Of a stretch of 51,094 bases of DNA, positions 1 through 11,766 are shown piece by piece; the first letter of the stretch is position 1; the number at the start of each line of letters is the position of its first letter. The stretch lies in assembly GCA_032718475.1 (NCBI GenBank), contig JAUCBJ010006966.1, positions 1 to 51,094 of the forward strand. The letters run 5' to 3'. Made by a program: the position numbers and the translations under genes. The stretch comes from Nemertoderma westbladi (lineage: Eukaryota; Animalia; Xenacoelomorpha). The notes beneath the pieces are model-generated. The model was not told the DNA's origin and made no database searches. It saw nothing but the letters and a program-made list of their open reading frames with translations.

Positions 1-1
1 G

Positions 2-2467
2 ACATTTTATTGACATAATAAGATCTTTCAGTGTCTTTCCCGCTATCCTCCCCTTGGGAAGCTTGGCTTTCGCCTCGTCGGTATAACACACTGGTGTTAC
101 CTTTCTTCTGGAGACGGGTTTCTCACTTACCTTGTTTTCCAGTGTCTTCTCTCTGGACTGCTTTATGAGTTGTAATTTTACTTCACTATCTAAGAAGGAC
201 ATGAGATCAGCCATGGTAGGGCCTCGTCGTTGCTGCTCATTCATATACAACACTTTCTTGTCCCAGCGTGTACATACTCCACCCTTTGGTAAAGTAGAGA
301 CTACGGCTCCAATAACCATGGAACTCTGATATTCATGAGACTTACCTAACCAATCCAATTGTCTACAGATCTCCTGAATCTCATCGGAAAACTCTATAAT
401 CCCGCTACTAAGGAACTTTCGGGGGGCTACTAATTTTGCATACAAATACTTAGCTATGTTATCCTTGTTACCATACCTGATGTTTAATGTATCCCAAACT
501 TGTCTTAATCCATCTGGATGTCCAATAAACTTTAACGCCATTAACTTGGGAGGTCCTTCCAAGCACTTGATGAGGAATCTAAGTTTCTCTCCGTTAGATA
601 GTACAGAGTTCTGTATGCTATCTTTGTAATATTCATTGAAAGGTAACCATTTCATCTCATCTCCATTGAATTTGACGATTTCTCCCACTTTGACCGCTTG
701 GCGGGCTTCTGTTCTAGCCATCTGACGCGTAAAGCTTTCTTGGGCCATCGTGTTATTTAATATCGAATTATCGGTATATAAATTTCCCGGATTATTATCA
801 GGTCTATAGGGAATATCATCAACAACAGGTTTATAATCACCCTTAATAGGGTTTGCTATAGGAGTTTCTACTTCACTAGCAGTATAGATGCGTGTAGGCT
901 CCACACCTTGCGCATGTAATACTTCAGACCTAACAGGTTGACACAATGTTACAGGGGGTATTGGTATACCCTTTGGTATATTGACTAATTTGTCGCGTTC
1001 TAGCGCGATACTTTGCTGCACTTCTTGCAATGCTAATATACTTTCCCTTACTGTTCCCTTGAGTTGGTGGACAGTCTCCTGCATCTGTCCGAGCAGGAGA
1101 TTCATCCCCCGCCGTCCCTCCTCTACCCACTCGACCGCCGAAGCGGGAGTCGCCAACATTGTAGCGGGCCGACGCGGGACGACGGGAGACAAATCTTTGA
1201 TTTCTCTCTCAGCTTCCAGGACAGGGATATTCTCATGGACTGTTCTACCGGGTACAGGCAGTGTAGTACTGTGTAAAGGGAATTTAGAGTTAAGCTCTGG
1301 AAGTACAGGGGTCTCTAGCACAGGAGTGGCTTTGGGAACGACAGGCCTAATTATTTCAGGCTCATCAACTATTGTAGGGAGTCTTTTGACCTGAATAATT
1401 TGGTCTGTGGGTTCTGTACTACCTAAGTCTATGCTAGCTAGTTGTCTTCTAACAGCTGGGGGCAAATCAGGCAATTTGTGACGGTGAGATGTTTTTCTAC
1501 GCCTGCTTAGACGAGATCTATTTCCTCCGCCTTCAGGATCGGTGGTTTCGCTTTCCTCCGATGATGTGTATCCCTGGCGTTTGGGAGTAGATCGTCTCAT
1601 CATCTGCATTTGACTAGCAGTTAACTGTTTATTTATGTTGTCTTGCGTCTCTTGCAGATTTTCCAACTCCAGTTGGGTAGTCTGCTCAGACGCTCTCCGT
1701 TCTGCTTCTGCCACTGCCTTTGCCGCCTTTCTTTCCGCTTCTGCTTCTGCCATGGCCGCTGCCTTTTGGTCCTCTATCCGTCTTTTCTTTACTTGTTCTT
1801 CTTGGACTCTAGCGAGGCGGAGTTTTTCATCAAATTTAGCTTGGTTTGCAGCTAACATTTCCGCATCGATTGCGTCCAACACAAGCTTGGTTCCTTCACT
1901 ATTAGGGCGAAGTCCAGACAGTCGTCTCCTCAACTCTTCGTCTCCTATGAATCGCTGATAGTCTGACAGATAGATGTCAATGGCGTCTCTAGTTCGCGGC
2001 TTCTCTGCTGCTGTTAATTCGCTTTCCACTTCGCTTTCCACCTCGCTTTCCACTTGAGAAGAAGTGGCGTCGGTTGATTCTTCATAGGTTGGCCGCTCAT
2101 CATAAACCGTATCCGCCATCTTCGCTCCGCGTTCGGGCGTCCGCTCAACAGTATCCGAACTACTGGAGCTATCGGGCCGCTGAGAACTAGGTTCTTGGCT
2201 AGGAGGTTGCTGCTGTTTTATAGCTTCTTCTTGATCCCGCTTGACTTGGGCCCGAGTGCCTATGGCAGACCAACGGCACTTTACTAACTTCGCAAATTGC
2301 GAAATCGCTCCCACCAACCTAGGTTCTGACACAACCACTGCAGGGGTTGCCCTTCTTACAGTATGAGGGGTTTCAGACCTCGGTCTGGGATTCTCTACAC
2401 TTTGATCTGAGAAACAGGCTGTTGTTTCTAGGAGACTATCTGACAGATTTTGCCTTGTGTCAGCCAT
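2..2467 (-). CDS. gag: BEL/Pao LTR retrotransposon Gag (start of gag/gag-pol), open at the left window edge
   Basis: Hand translation of the minus strand from ATG at 2467 (MADTRQNLSD...) stays open for 822 codons to position 2. It has a coiled-coil/Pro-rich N-terminus, then KFNGDEMKWLPFNEYYKDSIQNSVLSNGEKLRFLIKCLEG...VWDTLNIRYG, the DUF1759-type BEL/Pao capsid pattern. It ends ...MSIKC at the edge, where zinc knuckles would begin. It is missing from the ORF track because there is no stop in the window. Confidence 0.88.
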   Translation of the reverse strand, partial: MADTRQNLSDSLLETTACFSDQSVENPRPRSETPHTVRRATPAVVVSEPRLVGAISQFAKLVKCRWSAIGTRAQVKRDQEEAIKQQQPPSQEPSSQRPDSSSSSDTVERTPERGAKMADTVYDERPTYEESTDATSSQVESEVESEVESELTAAEKPRTRDAIDIYLSDYQRFIGDEELRRRLSGLRPNSEGTKLVLDAIDAEMLAANQAKFDEKLRLARVQEEQVKKRRIEDQKAAAMAEAEAERKAAKAVAEAERRASEQTTQLELENLQETQDNINKQLTASQMQMMRRSTPKRQGYTSSEESETTDPEGGGNRSRLSRRRKTSHRHKLPDLPPAVRRQLASIDLGSTEPTDQIIQVKRLPTIVDEPEIIRPVVPKATPVLETPVLPELNSKFPLHSTTLPVPGRTVHENIPVLEAEREIKDLSPVVPRRPATMLATPASAVEWVEEGRRGMNLLLGQMQETVHQLKGTVRESILALQEVQQSIALERDKLVNIPKGIPIPPVTLCQPVRSEVLHAQGVEPTRIYTASEVETPIANPIKGDYKPVVDDIPYRPDNNPGNLYTDNSILNNTMAQESFTRQMARTEARQAVKVGEIVKFNGDEMKWLPFNEYYKDSIQNSVLSNGEKLRFLIKCLEGPPKLMALKFIGHPDGLRQVWDTLNIRYGNKDNIAKYLYAKLVAPRKFLSSGIIEFSDEIQEICRQLDWLGKSHEYQSSMVIGAVVSTLPKGGVCTRWDKKVLYMNEQQRRGPTMADLMSFLDSEVKLQLIKQSREKTLENKVSEKPVSRRKVTPVCYTDEAKAKLPKGRIAGKTLKDLIMSIKC

Positions 2468-3836
2468 GTTTGATTGTACAGTTGAATGCCTACTGCTATA
2501 TTACAGTTAAAGCAAGTCTAGTAATTCAGTATCACTGTTAGCCTAATAATTAATTACCGATACTGCTACTCAGTGTAGCGTGATATATATATAATATATT
2601 AGAATACCGGTATGCTTATAGTATATATATAAGTATTATTACAGACTAGATTTGTCACAGAGACCGGTATATAAATTTAGCACAAATATATATAAATATA
2701 TAATAGGCCTATCGTGAATACCGGTATACAGCTGACACTTATAGTATATATAAGTATAATTATTACAGACTAGAATTAATTACAGAATACCGGTATGATT
2801 TCAGCCTAAATTTATAGAATAAATATAATAAGCCTATTGTAAATACCGGTATGTCAATTATTTTAAAATAATTGAATTTCTGAATGTTAGGGATTACTTG
2901 GTTACTTTTCTTACTTTATTACCGTTATTTGAGCAGCAGTCCAACTGATATTAAGACCTAAGTGTTGTATAACAGGCCTACTATTCTATTAATAGATTTA
3001 GTGGATTTATATGTACCCGTATGAGGGGTTTTGTTACAATATTGAAATAGATGTTATTATTTCTGGGAATTAATCACTACACAAAAGCTGTGCGCTCTCA
3101 GTGAAGTGCTACTTATTGGACACTAAAACAAATAATTCTACTTCCTAAGTTACTTATCTACGAATTACTTACGATACGGGTGAGATTAAATCTCTAATTA
3201 AACACAACAAAAATATTACGTACGAAATTTTAGGGTAATTTTGCAGGGAAACTACAAACCAGTCTAACAAAGGGTTAGAACTTCTGGTTATTACAACGGA
3301 CAGGATACTACGGTATTTGAAAATAATAAGTAGTAGTAAATACACTGTGTTGTCCAGATAGGAAAATACCACCGCCTGACGACCTATAGCCGTATCGCTA
3401 TAGGTACTACGTTATGTATCACGGAGTGTCCCTACCTAGAAGTTAATTACCGCGGTCTACCAGAACCAACGTGCCTATTAACCACTTTACAACACAAATA
3501 TACTGCCTACACACTAATTACCTTCGGAAAGCACTGTACACTAAACCCTAAATTAGGTACAAGTACTGGTACAACAAATAATCAGTAGTTAAAAATACTT
3601 GAACAGCTAAAAGAACCACGGCATCTGCTGGAGTGACCGGTGCACAAAATCACCAGTCTTTACCTACGCCAAGCAGCCCGTGTAGTACCGGGGTTAATTT
3701 AACTATAACGGTATGTATAACAAGCACAATTACTGTAGGAATAAACTTAGGGATATGAATGTTGCGAATAATCGCATAAACTCTGAATAATAAATATTAC
3801 GCTACCCGTACAGAATACTCAAACAAAATACAAACC

Positions 3837-4360
3837 AAACGCTGGCAGACTACTATCAAGCCTAAATAAACTACAGTATGTGCAGATTCCAAAATGGTTA
3901 GTTAGTATGCGTTCTAACACGGTAGTACGACTTATTCTTTAGGAGGGGATTGACCTTACAGCTCTGGCTGCCCCAACTTACTAACTGGCACTTTATCGGA
4001 CAGACTCTACACACGCAGCAATCTCTTCAGACCTAATAACAGCTAGACAACAATCCAGCCTACAAAATATCTGAGTAATAACTATTACGGTACCTGAACA
4101 GACCACACAAACAAACACAGGCTAAAACGCTGGCAGACTACTATCAAGCCTAAATAAACTACAGTATGTGCAGATTCCAAAATGGTTAGTTAGTATGCGT
4201 TCTAACACGGTAGTACGACTTATTCTTTAGGTGGGGATTGACCTTACAGCTCTGGCTGCCCCTACTTCCTAACCGTACTTTATCAGACATACACTCTACA
4301 TGCACTGCAATCCGTTCAGACCTAACAACAGTCAGAACAACAGTCCAGCCTACAATTGTC
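3837..4360. repeat. ~290-bp direct duplication in retrotransposon leader
   Basis: aaacgctggcagactactatcaagcctaaataaactacagtatgtgcag... occurs at ~3837 and ~4125. The copies are nearly identical for ~135 nt, then diverge. Confidence 0.9.
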
Positions 4361-5100
4361 TGTATAGACTGAGCAAGCTTACACGCCTTCTGCTCAATAC
4401 TGGCCTACAAATAAATAAAACTGACAGAAATAAGTAAAATCTCAATAAAAACCCAGGGCGGGCCCTCCCTGATTAATTATTAAGGCCTACCAGTATATAA
4501 CTATCAAAATCGAATAATACTGCTGTACCTGTACTGTTGTAAGTACCGGTCTGGATGATCAGGCAGTCAGGCCTACTGGTTACCGGTCGACCGGTACTTT
4601 AGTCTTGATCGCTTACGCCGCAATCAAGATCCTACAAACTGTTATTGTTCTTACCAGAACAATATTAAACTGTATTTATTGCCTACACTGCAATCAAGAA
4701 TTTTCCAAACTGTTATTGTTCGCGCTTTTAAGACCTTTGGCAGTTTAACCCGCCAAATCTATATGTCTTCTAGGTTATAAATCTACTCCAGCCTATGACA
4801 AGTATTGAACACCTATAATAATTCTAACATTAGCCAAAGCCAGTCTGTGCGCGACCATTCACCCGCTGGATATACCCGGGAGACTGGATTTGGATGCTTT
4901 AATTTGATTGCGGTGCAGGCCTACCGTACTATTCGATTGATCGTTAATATATAATCTCTGACGAATATTATTCACTTTTGGGAAATATTAGCAGTTCCTT
5001 TAGGACGTGGCGCTCTATCTATTTAAACAGAGCTATGACTTACACTATACACAACAGTATGTCTTATAGATCACCAAAGTGCATTCTTTAGGAAATGCTT

Positions 5101-5622
5101 TGTTACTCGGTCAAGCACACACAGACTATTGCACACAACTGCACACTGAATTGCCGACATTCACTGATTTTAATCATATATAAAGAGAATAACAACCGAC
5201 ATTTGTAGGGCCTATTAAGTAGCATTGAACTCACTACAAACCACGATAATGTATGTCGCAAATTGTTATATGTAACCGGTCTCTCTAACCTTAGTGTATC
5301 AAGAAGATTGGGTTTTCGGATCGTTATCAATATTCTTCCCAATAATAATATGTAAACGAACGATACAATTAACAACACAGTAAATAGCAGTAAATAACGC
5401 AAGTGTACTTAACCAAGTTGACCAAGATAACAGTTTGATGATCTTATAATTAAAGACGCTCTAATGTCAGAAAACATTCCCCGGCCGGTGTTCTTAGGCG
5501 TGGGGGAAACGTCAGTACTGAATCATGGGATTCTGCTGTACAGCTTTTACACAAAGGGAAAATCTCTGATTGGTCGAACTGACGTGGACACAGCTGATAG
5601 ATGTCGTCATTTGAGCTGAGCA
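5101..5622 (-). repeat. Putative 5' LTR (main part; last 5 nt displaced to 8173-8177)
   Basis: Minus strand shows a CCAAT box (GACCAATCAG ~5566-5575), an ATTAAA poly(A)-like signal (~5169-5174), a GT-rich tract and an AACA end at 5101. An alternative end is 5080 (…TGCA), followed by CTT-TGGTGATC, a weak PBS candidate. The second LTR is outside the window, so this is unconfirmed. Confidence 0.5.
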
Positions 5623-7923
5623 ATATCTGGGGTTTTACCTATAGGTCTAAGCGATCATTTTATAGTTTTTTGCACAAGAAAGACACAAAAATCTTTTTTC
5701 GGGGATCATAAAACAGTAACAGTTAGGTCTATGAAAAATTACAGCAAGGAACGCTTTTTAAGTTTGTTAGTTAATTCTGACTGGGAACCCTGTTTTAAGG
5801 CCGCTGACATTAACCTTGCGTACACTGTTTTTAAAGATATATTTTTAAAGGCACTTAATACTGTAGCACCAATTAAAGAAATTAGTCTTAAACAACGCAC
5901 TGAGCCCTGGATGACCTCGGGTATTCTTAGTAATATCAGAGAAAGAGATAACTATTTGTATAAATTTAGGAAATACCGTGTTTTAGCTGATTATAATAAT
6001 TACTGCAAATATAGAAACCTTGTCCAACGGGAAATAAAAAAAGCTAAATCTGAATATTTGTACAACAAAATAAGTGAGAATAAAGATAATCCTAAAAGTC
6101 TATGGTCTACCCTAAAATCTTTAGGTTATAAAAACCTTAAATCTAAATCGAATATTGTTCTGCAAGATAACGGTGAGCTGATTCATGATCATACTCTAGT
6201 TAGTAATTTATTTAATAATTATTTTACTAATGTTGCCTCTAATTTAGTTAAGAAGTTACCGTTATCAAGTAATAAATATAGTATAGGGTCCGAAACTCTA
6301 AATAATTTTTATTTAGAAAAGTTACAAAATTCAGAAAAGTTATTTTTAAAACCCGTTTCTGAGGATTTCGTTTTTAAAAATCTACTTAGCCTATCAGCCT
6401 CAAAAAGTACCGGTCTAGACCTAATACCTGCCCGTTTTCTTAAGGATGGTGCTGAAGTACTTAAAGTGCCTATTACTTTTATTATTAATTACTCTATCGT
6501 AGATAATGTAGTACCAGACGAACTGAAATTAGCTAAGGTTGTTCCTCTGTATAAAAAGAATAGTAAAGTAGAACCCTGTAATTACAGACCTGTTAGTATC
6601 TTAAGTATTGTATCTAAAATTTTAGAACGTTCTGTTTTTCTACAGCTGGAGGCACATCTTAGTAGGCTAAATCTGATCTATGAACTTCAGTCCGGTTTTC
6701 GTAAATCATATTCTACAGACACCTGCCTTATTAACTTAACTGATACAATTAGATGTAATAACGCAAAGGGTTTATATACTGGTATGGTAATGTTGCACCT
6801 ACAAAAGGCTTTCGATACTGTAGATCACGAAATTCTGCTTGGTAAGTTAGGCCTGATGGGTGTAGGTTCTATAGACTGGTTCAAGTCCTACCTGTCAGAC
6901 AGAGGTCAAACTGTAGTCATTAGCAAATCGCTGTCTACTGTACAAGAGATTACCTGTGGTGTACCGCAAGGTAGTATATTAGGTCCTCTGCTTTTTGTAT
7001 GCTATGTAAATGATATGATAAGTAGTATAGATCCCGATTTTAAACTCATTTTATATGCCGACGACAATGCTCTTATTTTCTCTCATAAAGATCCTATCCA
7101 TATTTCCCAAAAGTTAAGTGCAGTTCTAGAATCCTGTAATGAGTGGTTGGTTGATAATAAGCTATCCATTCACTACGGTAAGACTGAAAGTATTTTGTTT
7201 GGTTCCAAAAGAAAGTTAAAGAAGGTAACTAAGTTTGAAGTCACTAGTAATGGACAGAAGATTGAAAATAAAAAGGAAGTTAAATATTTAGGCGCCACAT
7301 TGGATAACTGCTTATCAGGAGAAAGTACAGTGAAAAATATTTTCTCGAAAGTTAACAGTAGGCTTAGGTTTCTATACAGAAATAAAAATAGTTTAAACAC
7401 CGACTCCCGCAAGTTACTTTGCTCTTCTTTAATACAGTGTCACATGGACTATGCGTGCTCTTCTTGGTATGAAGGCTTAACCAAACAGCTTAAATGTAAA
7501 TTACAAGTAGCTCAGAATAAAGTAGTACGATTTATTAAAGACTACAAACCTAGGCACCACCTAACTCCAGATGACTTTTCTGAATCTGGACTACTTAACT
7601 TAGATAGTAGAGTTAAGCAGCTACGCCTTAACCATGTGCATAAAGTGTATAATGGTAAATGTCCCAATTACCTAAAACAAAAATTCAACAGAGTACGCGA
7701 TACACACTCTTACAGTACCAGAGCTAGTGCTTCAAACTTCTACCTCCCGAATTGTAAATCCTTTGAATCTGATACTTTCTTTTTTAACGGCATAAAAAAT
7801 TGGAACGCTCTGCCTAATGAAATTAAAAACCTAAATAATCAACATTCTTTTAAATCTGCAGTTAAATCTCACCTCCGTGTGCAATGTAAAAATAGGTACA
7901 ATAGTCCTACAGTAAGTTATTAG
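5623..7923 (+). CDS. LINE ORF2 remnant (endonuclease C-terminal end + reverse transcriptase); first Met at 5731
   Basis: Motifs NYRPVSIL, QSGFR, LQKAFDTVDH, GVPQGSILGPLLF, YADD and YLG. The motif-A catalytic Asp appears as His (MLHLQKAFD), so this copy is probably inactive. Confidence 0.92.
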   Translation: MSGVLPIGLSDHFIVFCTRKTQKSFFGDHKTVTVRSMKNYSKERFLSLLVNSDWEPCFKAADINLAYTVFKDIFLKALNTVAPIKEISLKQRTEPWMTSGILSNIRERDNYLYKFRKYRVLADYNNYCKYRNLVQREIKKAKSEYLYNKISENKDNPKSLWSTLKSLGYKNLKSKSNIVLQDNGELIHDHTLVSNLFNNYFTNVASNLVKKLPLSSNKYSIGSETLNNFYLEKLQNSEKLFLKPVSEDFVFKNLLSLSASKSTGLDLIPARFLKDGAEVLKVPITFIINYSIVDNVVPDELKLAKVVPLYKKNSKVEPCNYRPVSILSIVSKILERSVFLQLEAHLSRLNLIYELQSGFRKSYSTDTCLINLTDTIRCNNAKGLYTGMVMLHLQKAFDTVDHEILLGKLGLMGVGSIDWFKSYLSDRGQTVVISKSLSTVQEITCGVPQGSILGPLLFVCYVNDMISSIDPDFKLILYADDNALIFSHKDPIHISQKLSAVLESCNEWLVDNKLSIHYGKTESILFGSKRKLKKVTKFEVTSNGQKIENKKEVKYLGATLDNCLSGESTVKNIFSKVNSRLRFLYRNKNSLNTDSRKLLCSSLIQCHMDYACSSWYEGLTKQLKCKLQVAQNKVVRFIKDYKPRHHLTPDDFSESGLLNLDSRVKQLRLNHVHKVYNGKCPNYLKQKFNRVRDTHSYSTRASASNFYLPNCKSFESDTFFFNGIKNWNALPNEIKNLNNQHSFKSAVKSHLRVQCKNRYNSPTVSY

Positions 7924-8166
7924 TTTATTAATTATTTACTATTTATACTGTAATTACGTTTTATATTAAATTGTTCTGTACATTACATCTTTATCGTTGA
8001 GTCGGGCATTGTCACGCTCTCGGTAAAGTTGTACTTGGAAATAAGCTGCAAAGCTTTAGGGGTAATCCTATATGTTATGTTGGACAATACCTTTATACCG
8101 GTACATTGTTTGGTGTATTTGTTATTGTTTTTACATAATGTATAAATAAATCTATCTATCTATCTA
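5623..8166 (+). mobile_element. 5'-truncated CR1-group (Crack/L2/CR1-like) LINE
   Basis: Begins in the end of the APE endonuclease (ISGVLPIGLSDHFIVFCTRK), then RT, a 3'UTR, AATAAA and a (TCTA)n tail at 8151-8166. TGAGCA flanks both sides (5617-5622, 8167-8172). Confidence 0.9.
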
Positions 8167-8442
8167 TGAGCAGAACAAAGAACCAAGGCTCCGTGCAGAG
8201 GCTCCACGTGTACAGCTCAGCTATTAGCTGTCGTCATAGTAACTACACTGTTCAAGAGTATTTCGGCTTTTGCATCATAGAATTGCGGATTATGTCCGCT
8301 AAAGTACACATACAGAAGAAATTACTTTTATGTCCTCTAAAACACCAGTACAGTAAGGACACGGCCTTTTTATGCCTGGTAAACCAACTACAGAGTACTT
8401 TACGGGGAAAATAACCGGCTAATTACGCAAAAGCCTTTACAG

Positions 8443-8615
8443 TCAGCCAACTATTAGGGGGGGGGGGGGGGGGGTTGTATCGCCCCTAAATTGAACTTCA
8501 CATTTTGGTGTCTCAATGTGCTGATGAGTCCACCGTATTCATGAACGTTTCGTTCCGGCCCAACCGGCGCCTTTTTATTGCCATGCAACGATTAGTAGCC
8601 GATAGCAGTAATGTG
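8443..8615 (+). repeat. Dispersed repeat copy shared with 20342-20450 and 20544-20591
   Basis: cagccaactattag(G)nttgtatcgcccctaaattgaacttcac...gtattcat and gcgcctttttattgccatgcaacgattagtagccgatagcagtaatgt each occur twice. Confidence 0.85.
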
Positions 8616-10014
8616 CGCCATCTTGTCGACTGTGCGGGTATTTCTGTATTGAATCATTTATTTTCTCTGTGTCATTAGGACCTGTGAATATGATCTTACC
8701 GTTATCTATCCTGCGTAGTTAGATTCCGTATCTGTCGACGCAGGACCTAACGACCAAATGACGCGGTACCCTCCATCCAGTTCTGTTCATGCATACAGGT
8801 TACTATAGCTGATTCAGGAAAAAAATTGGTGATATATAAAAAATTCCGACTTTCGTCGGAATTTAGACCGGATTTTTTTTTTACAAATACGGCTCCGCCG
8901 GCCTGGCCGGTTTGAAAATGGTCAATCCGGCACATCACTACGGATACGATGATCGCAATATCGAAACCATTTTAAAATTGTATTTGTCACAAGAAACTAA
9001 TGGTCGAGTTACCGTAACCTGTATCGATTGAACTGCATTTTGCCATAGGAATCTTGTTTGCGCATCGTTGGAATTATATGGGATACCATCGCCCCCTAAC
9101 GACAGACAGAGGAACTATAGATGTCTGTCTGTGTGTATAATATCTAAACTTTTGATAGATTAACCAACTTATTAGCTCGTTAAAACATTCTAGCCACAAA
9201 CCCAGACCAAGCAAACTAATAATAGCTGCAGGAACCCGAGCAGAGCTCCAGTGATAATAAGGCTCAGTCTTTATCTCGTATTACATATCAGTGCGCAAAA
9301 AATGAACACAAATACCATCAACATCCACGTGAACCAATCATACGCATTAATGCCCTCCTACCAAACACACGTAGTCATTCCCTCTTACCTAACAATTACA
9401 GACAGTGACAGTCATAACTCCCATTCAGTTAATCACAAACAGTCATCAGACATGCCCCCCAAGTCAACTACCAAAAATGTGCATACACGCTCACCTCTAG
9501 TCCACCAATCTCACTCAGTCTTGCACTCCTACAGTATCAACCAATAAAAGCATTTAAAACTTTCTGTCAACCAATTACAAACTTTACTGTACATTCACAA
9601 TTTTCCTGTCAACCAATCATACACAGTCACGTCCTCCCAGTCGACCAACCACACCATTTCTGCTACCTCTCAGTCGAACAAGGCTGGACCAAACTGCAAC
9701 TTTGCTGTATTAAATTTGAAATTATATACTAGAAAGCCACCAAGCTGGATATAAGAAGATCGTCTATAAGACAACAAAACCGAAAAAACTAAATCTTAAT
9801 TCCGTTTCTCAAGCGAAAAGATGAACAAATGTTTAACCATATCTAATCTGGTGAATCTAGTAAATACTTTTACAGTAAGAAGTCCTAAAGGTCTTTTAAT
9901 ATTAACTATTAACTATTAACCCCATACTACTAACTAGCCATGTACGGATGTAAGTAATGCCATGTAAGTAGCCAAGGGGACGGACCTATAACATCAAAAT
10001 GTTACAATGAAATT

Positions 10015-11330
10015 GTACCCACAGGCGGAACCATAAGAAAAAAATATAGCCACGGGCGAAAATATAGGAACAAATTGTAGCCACGGGCGAAAATATAGGA
10101 ACAAAATGTAGCCACGGGCGAAAATATAGGAAAAAAATTTAGCCACGGGCGAAAATATAGGAACAAATTGTAGTCACAGGCGGAACCAGTAGAAAAAAAT
10201 ATAGCCACGGGCGAAAATATAGGAACAAAATGTAGCCACGGGCAAAAATATAGGAACAAAATATAGCCATGGGCGGAAATATAAGAACAAAATGTAGCCA
10301 CAGGCGGAACCATAAGAAAAAAATATAGCCACGGGCGAAAATATAGGAACAAAATGTAGCCACAGGCGGAACCATAAGAAAAAAATATAGCCACGGGCGA
10401 AAATATAGGAACAAATTGTAGCCACATGCGGAACCATAAGAAAAAAATATAGCCACGGGCGAAAATATAGGAACAAAATGTAGCCACAGGCGGAACCATA
10501 AGAAAAAAATATAGCCACGGGCGAAAATATAGGAACAAATTGTAGCCACATGCGGAACCATAAGAAAAAAATATAGCCACGGGTGAAAATATAGGAACAA
10601 AATGTAGCCACGGGCGAAAATATAGGAACAAAATTTAGCCACGGGCGAAAATATAGGAACAAATTGTAGCCACAGGCGGAACCAGTAAAAAAAAATATAG
10701 CCACGGGCGAAAATATAGGAACAAAATGTAGCCACGGGCGAAAATATAGGAACAAAATATAGCCATGGGCGGAAATATAAGAACAAAATGTAGCCACAAG
10801 CGCAACCATAAGAAAAAAATATAGCCACGGGCGAAAATATAGAAACAAATTGTAGCCACAGGCGGAACCATAAGAAAAAAATGTAGCCACGGGCGGAAAT
10901 ATAAGAACAAAATATAGCCACGGGTGAAACTATAAGAACAAAATGTAGCCACGGGCGAAAATATAGGAACAAAATGTAGCCACGGGCGAAAATATAGGAA
11001 CAAAATATAGCCATGGGCGGAAATATAAGAACAAAATGTAGCCATGGGCGGAAATATAGGAAAAAATTGTAGCCACAGGCGGAACCATAAGAAAAAAATA
11101 TAGCCACGGGCGAAAATATAGGAACAAATTGTAGCCACAGGCGGAACCATAAGAAAAAAATATAGCCATGGGCGGAAATATAAGAACAAAATATAGCCAC
11201 GGGCGAAAATATAGGAACAAAATGTAGCCACCGCGGAACTATAAGAACAAAATGTTCCACGGGCGGAACTCTTACATAGAACAAAATGTAGCTTCGAGTG
11301 GACATGAAATTAGGAACGAAATGTAGTCAC
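10015..11330. repeat. Minisatellite, 31-bp unit (tagccacgggcgaaaatataggaacaaaatg), with A/B variants
   Basis: Roughly 40 tandem copies. Variant B (tagccacaggcggaaccataagaaaaaaata) often alternates with A. The array explains the spurious periodic ORFs at 10002-11305. Confidence 0.97.
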
Positions 11331-11766
11331 AGGATCTAAATTCCTGAACCCTTGACAAGGGTGGGGCAGTTCACCCTCGTCTCTTTTGTATGCTAAACTC
11401 CCTTACTTCGTAGCTCGTCCCACCTTGTTATAATTCAATACTGTAACTTGGAAAATTTCCATGTAATTAATATAATATATACAGTACAAACAATGTGGAC
11501 GGTGATTAGGCCTACTCTCAGCTCATGTGTATACACAACACACCCTAATTATAAGCATTAATAAAATTAAATGCAACTTTATTCAATATTAATTTTTAGT
11601 TAATTTATTTTCTTTTTTTTAAGAAGTATTATTATTTATTTTATTTAATTAATTAATAAATTCATTAGTTTATATGTATGCACTTTGCACACATTTGAGT
11701 TAGCATACCCTGGTTTGAACCGCTGGGCCTAATGTATTTGGTGGCGGTGGGCTTGATTTTCCTTAA

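Larger units (their letters stand above)
1..8177 (-). mobile_element. 5' portion of a BEL/Pao LTR retrotransposon (LTR, ~2.6 kb leader, gag), LTR interrupted by a LINE
   Basis: Gag ORF 2-2467, a long non-coding leader with internal duplications, and a putative LTR. With the LINE removed, the LTR reads TGTTCTGCTCA... (8177) to ...GAGTAACA (5101). Confidence 0.7.

Noticed and set aside
8515-8560. CTGATGAG hammerhead ribozyme core (also ~20409)
   Set aside because: No stem II closed by a downstream GAAA and no supporting helices.
10002-11305. Long hydrophobic ORFs (up to 388 aa)
   Set aside because: They are translations of a 31-bp tandem repeat, open in all three minus-strand frames with 31-aa periodicity.
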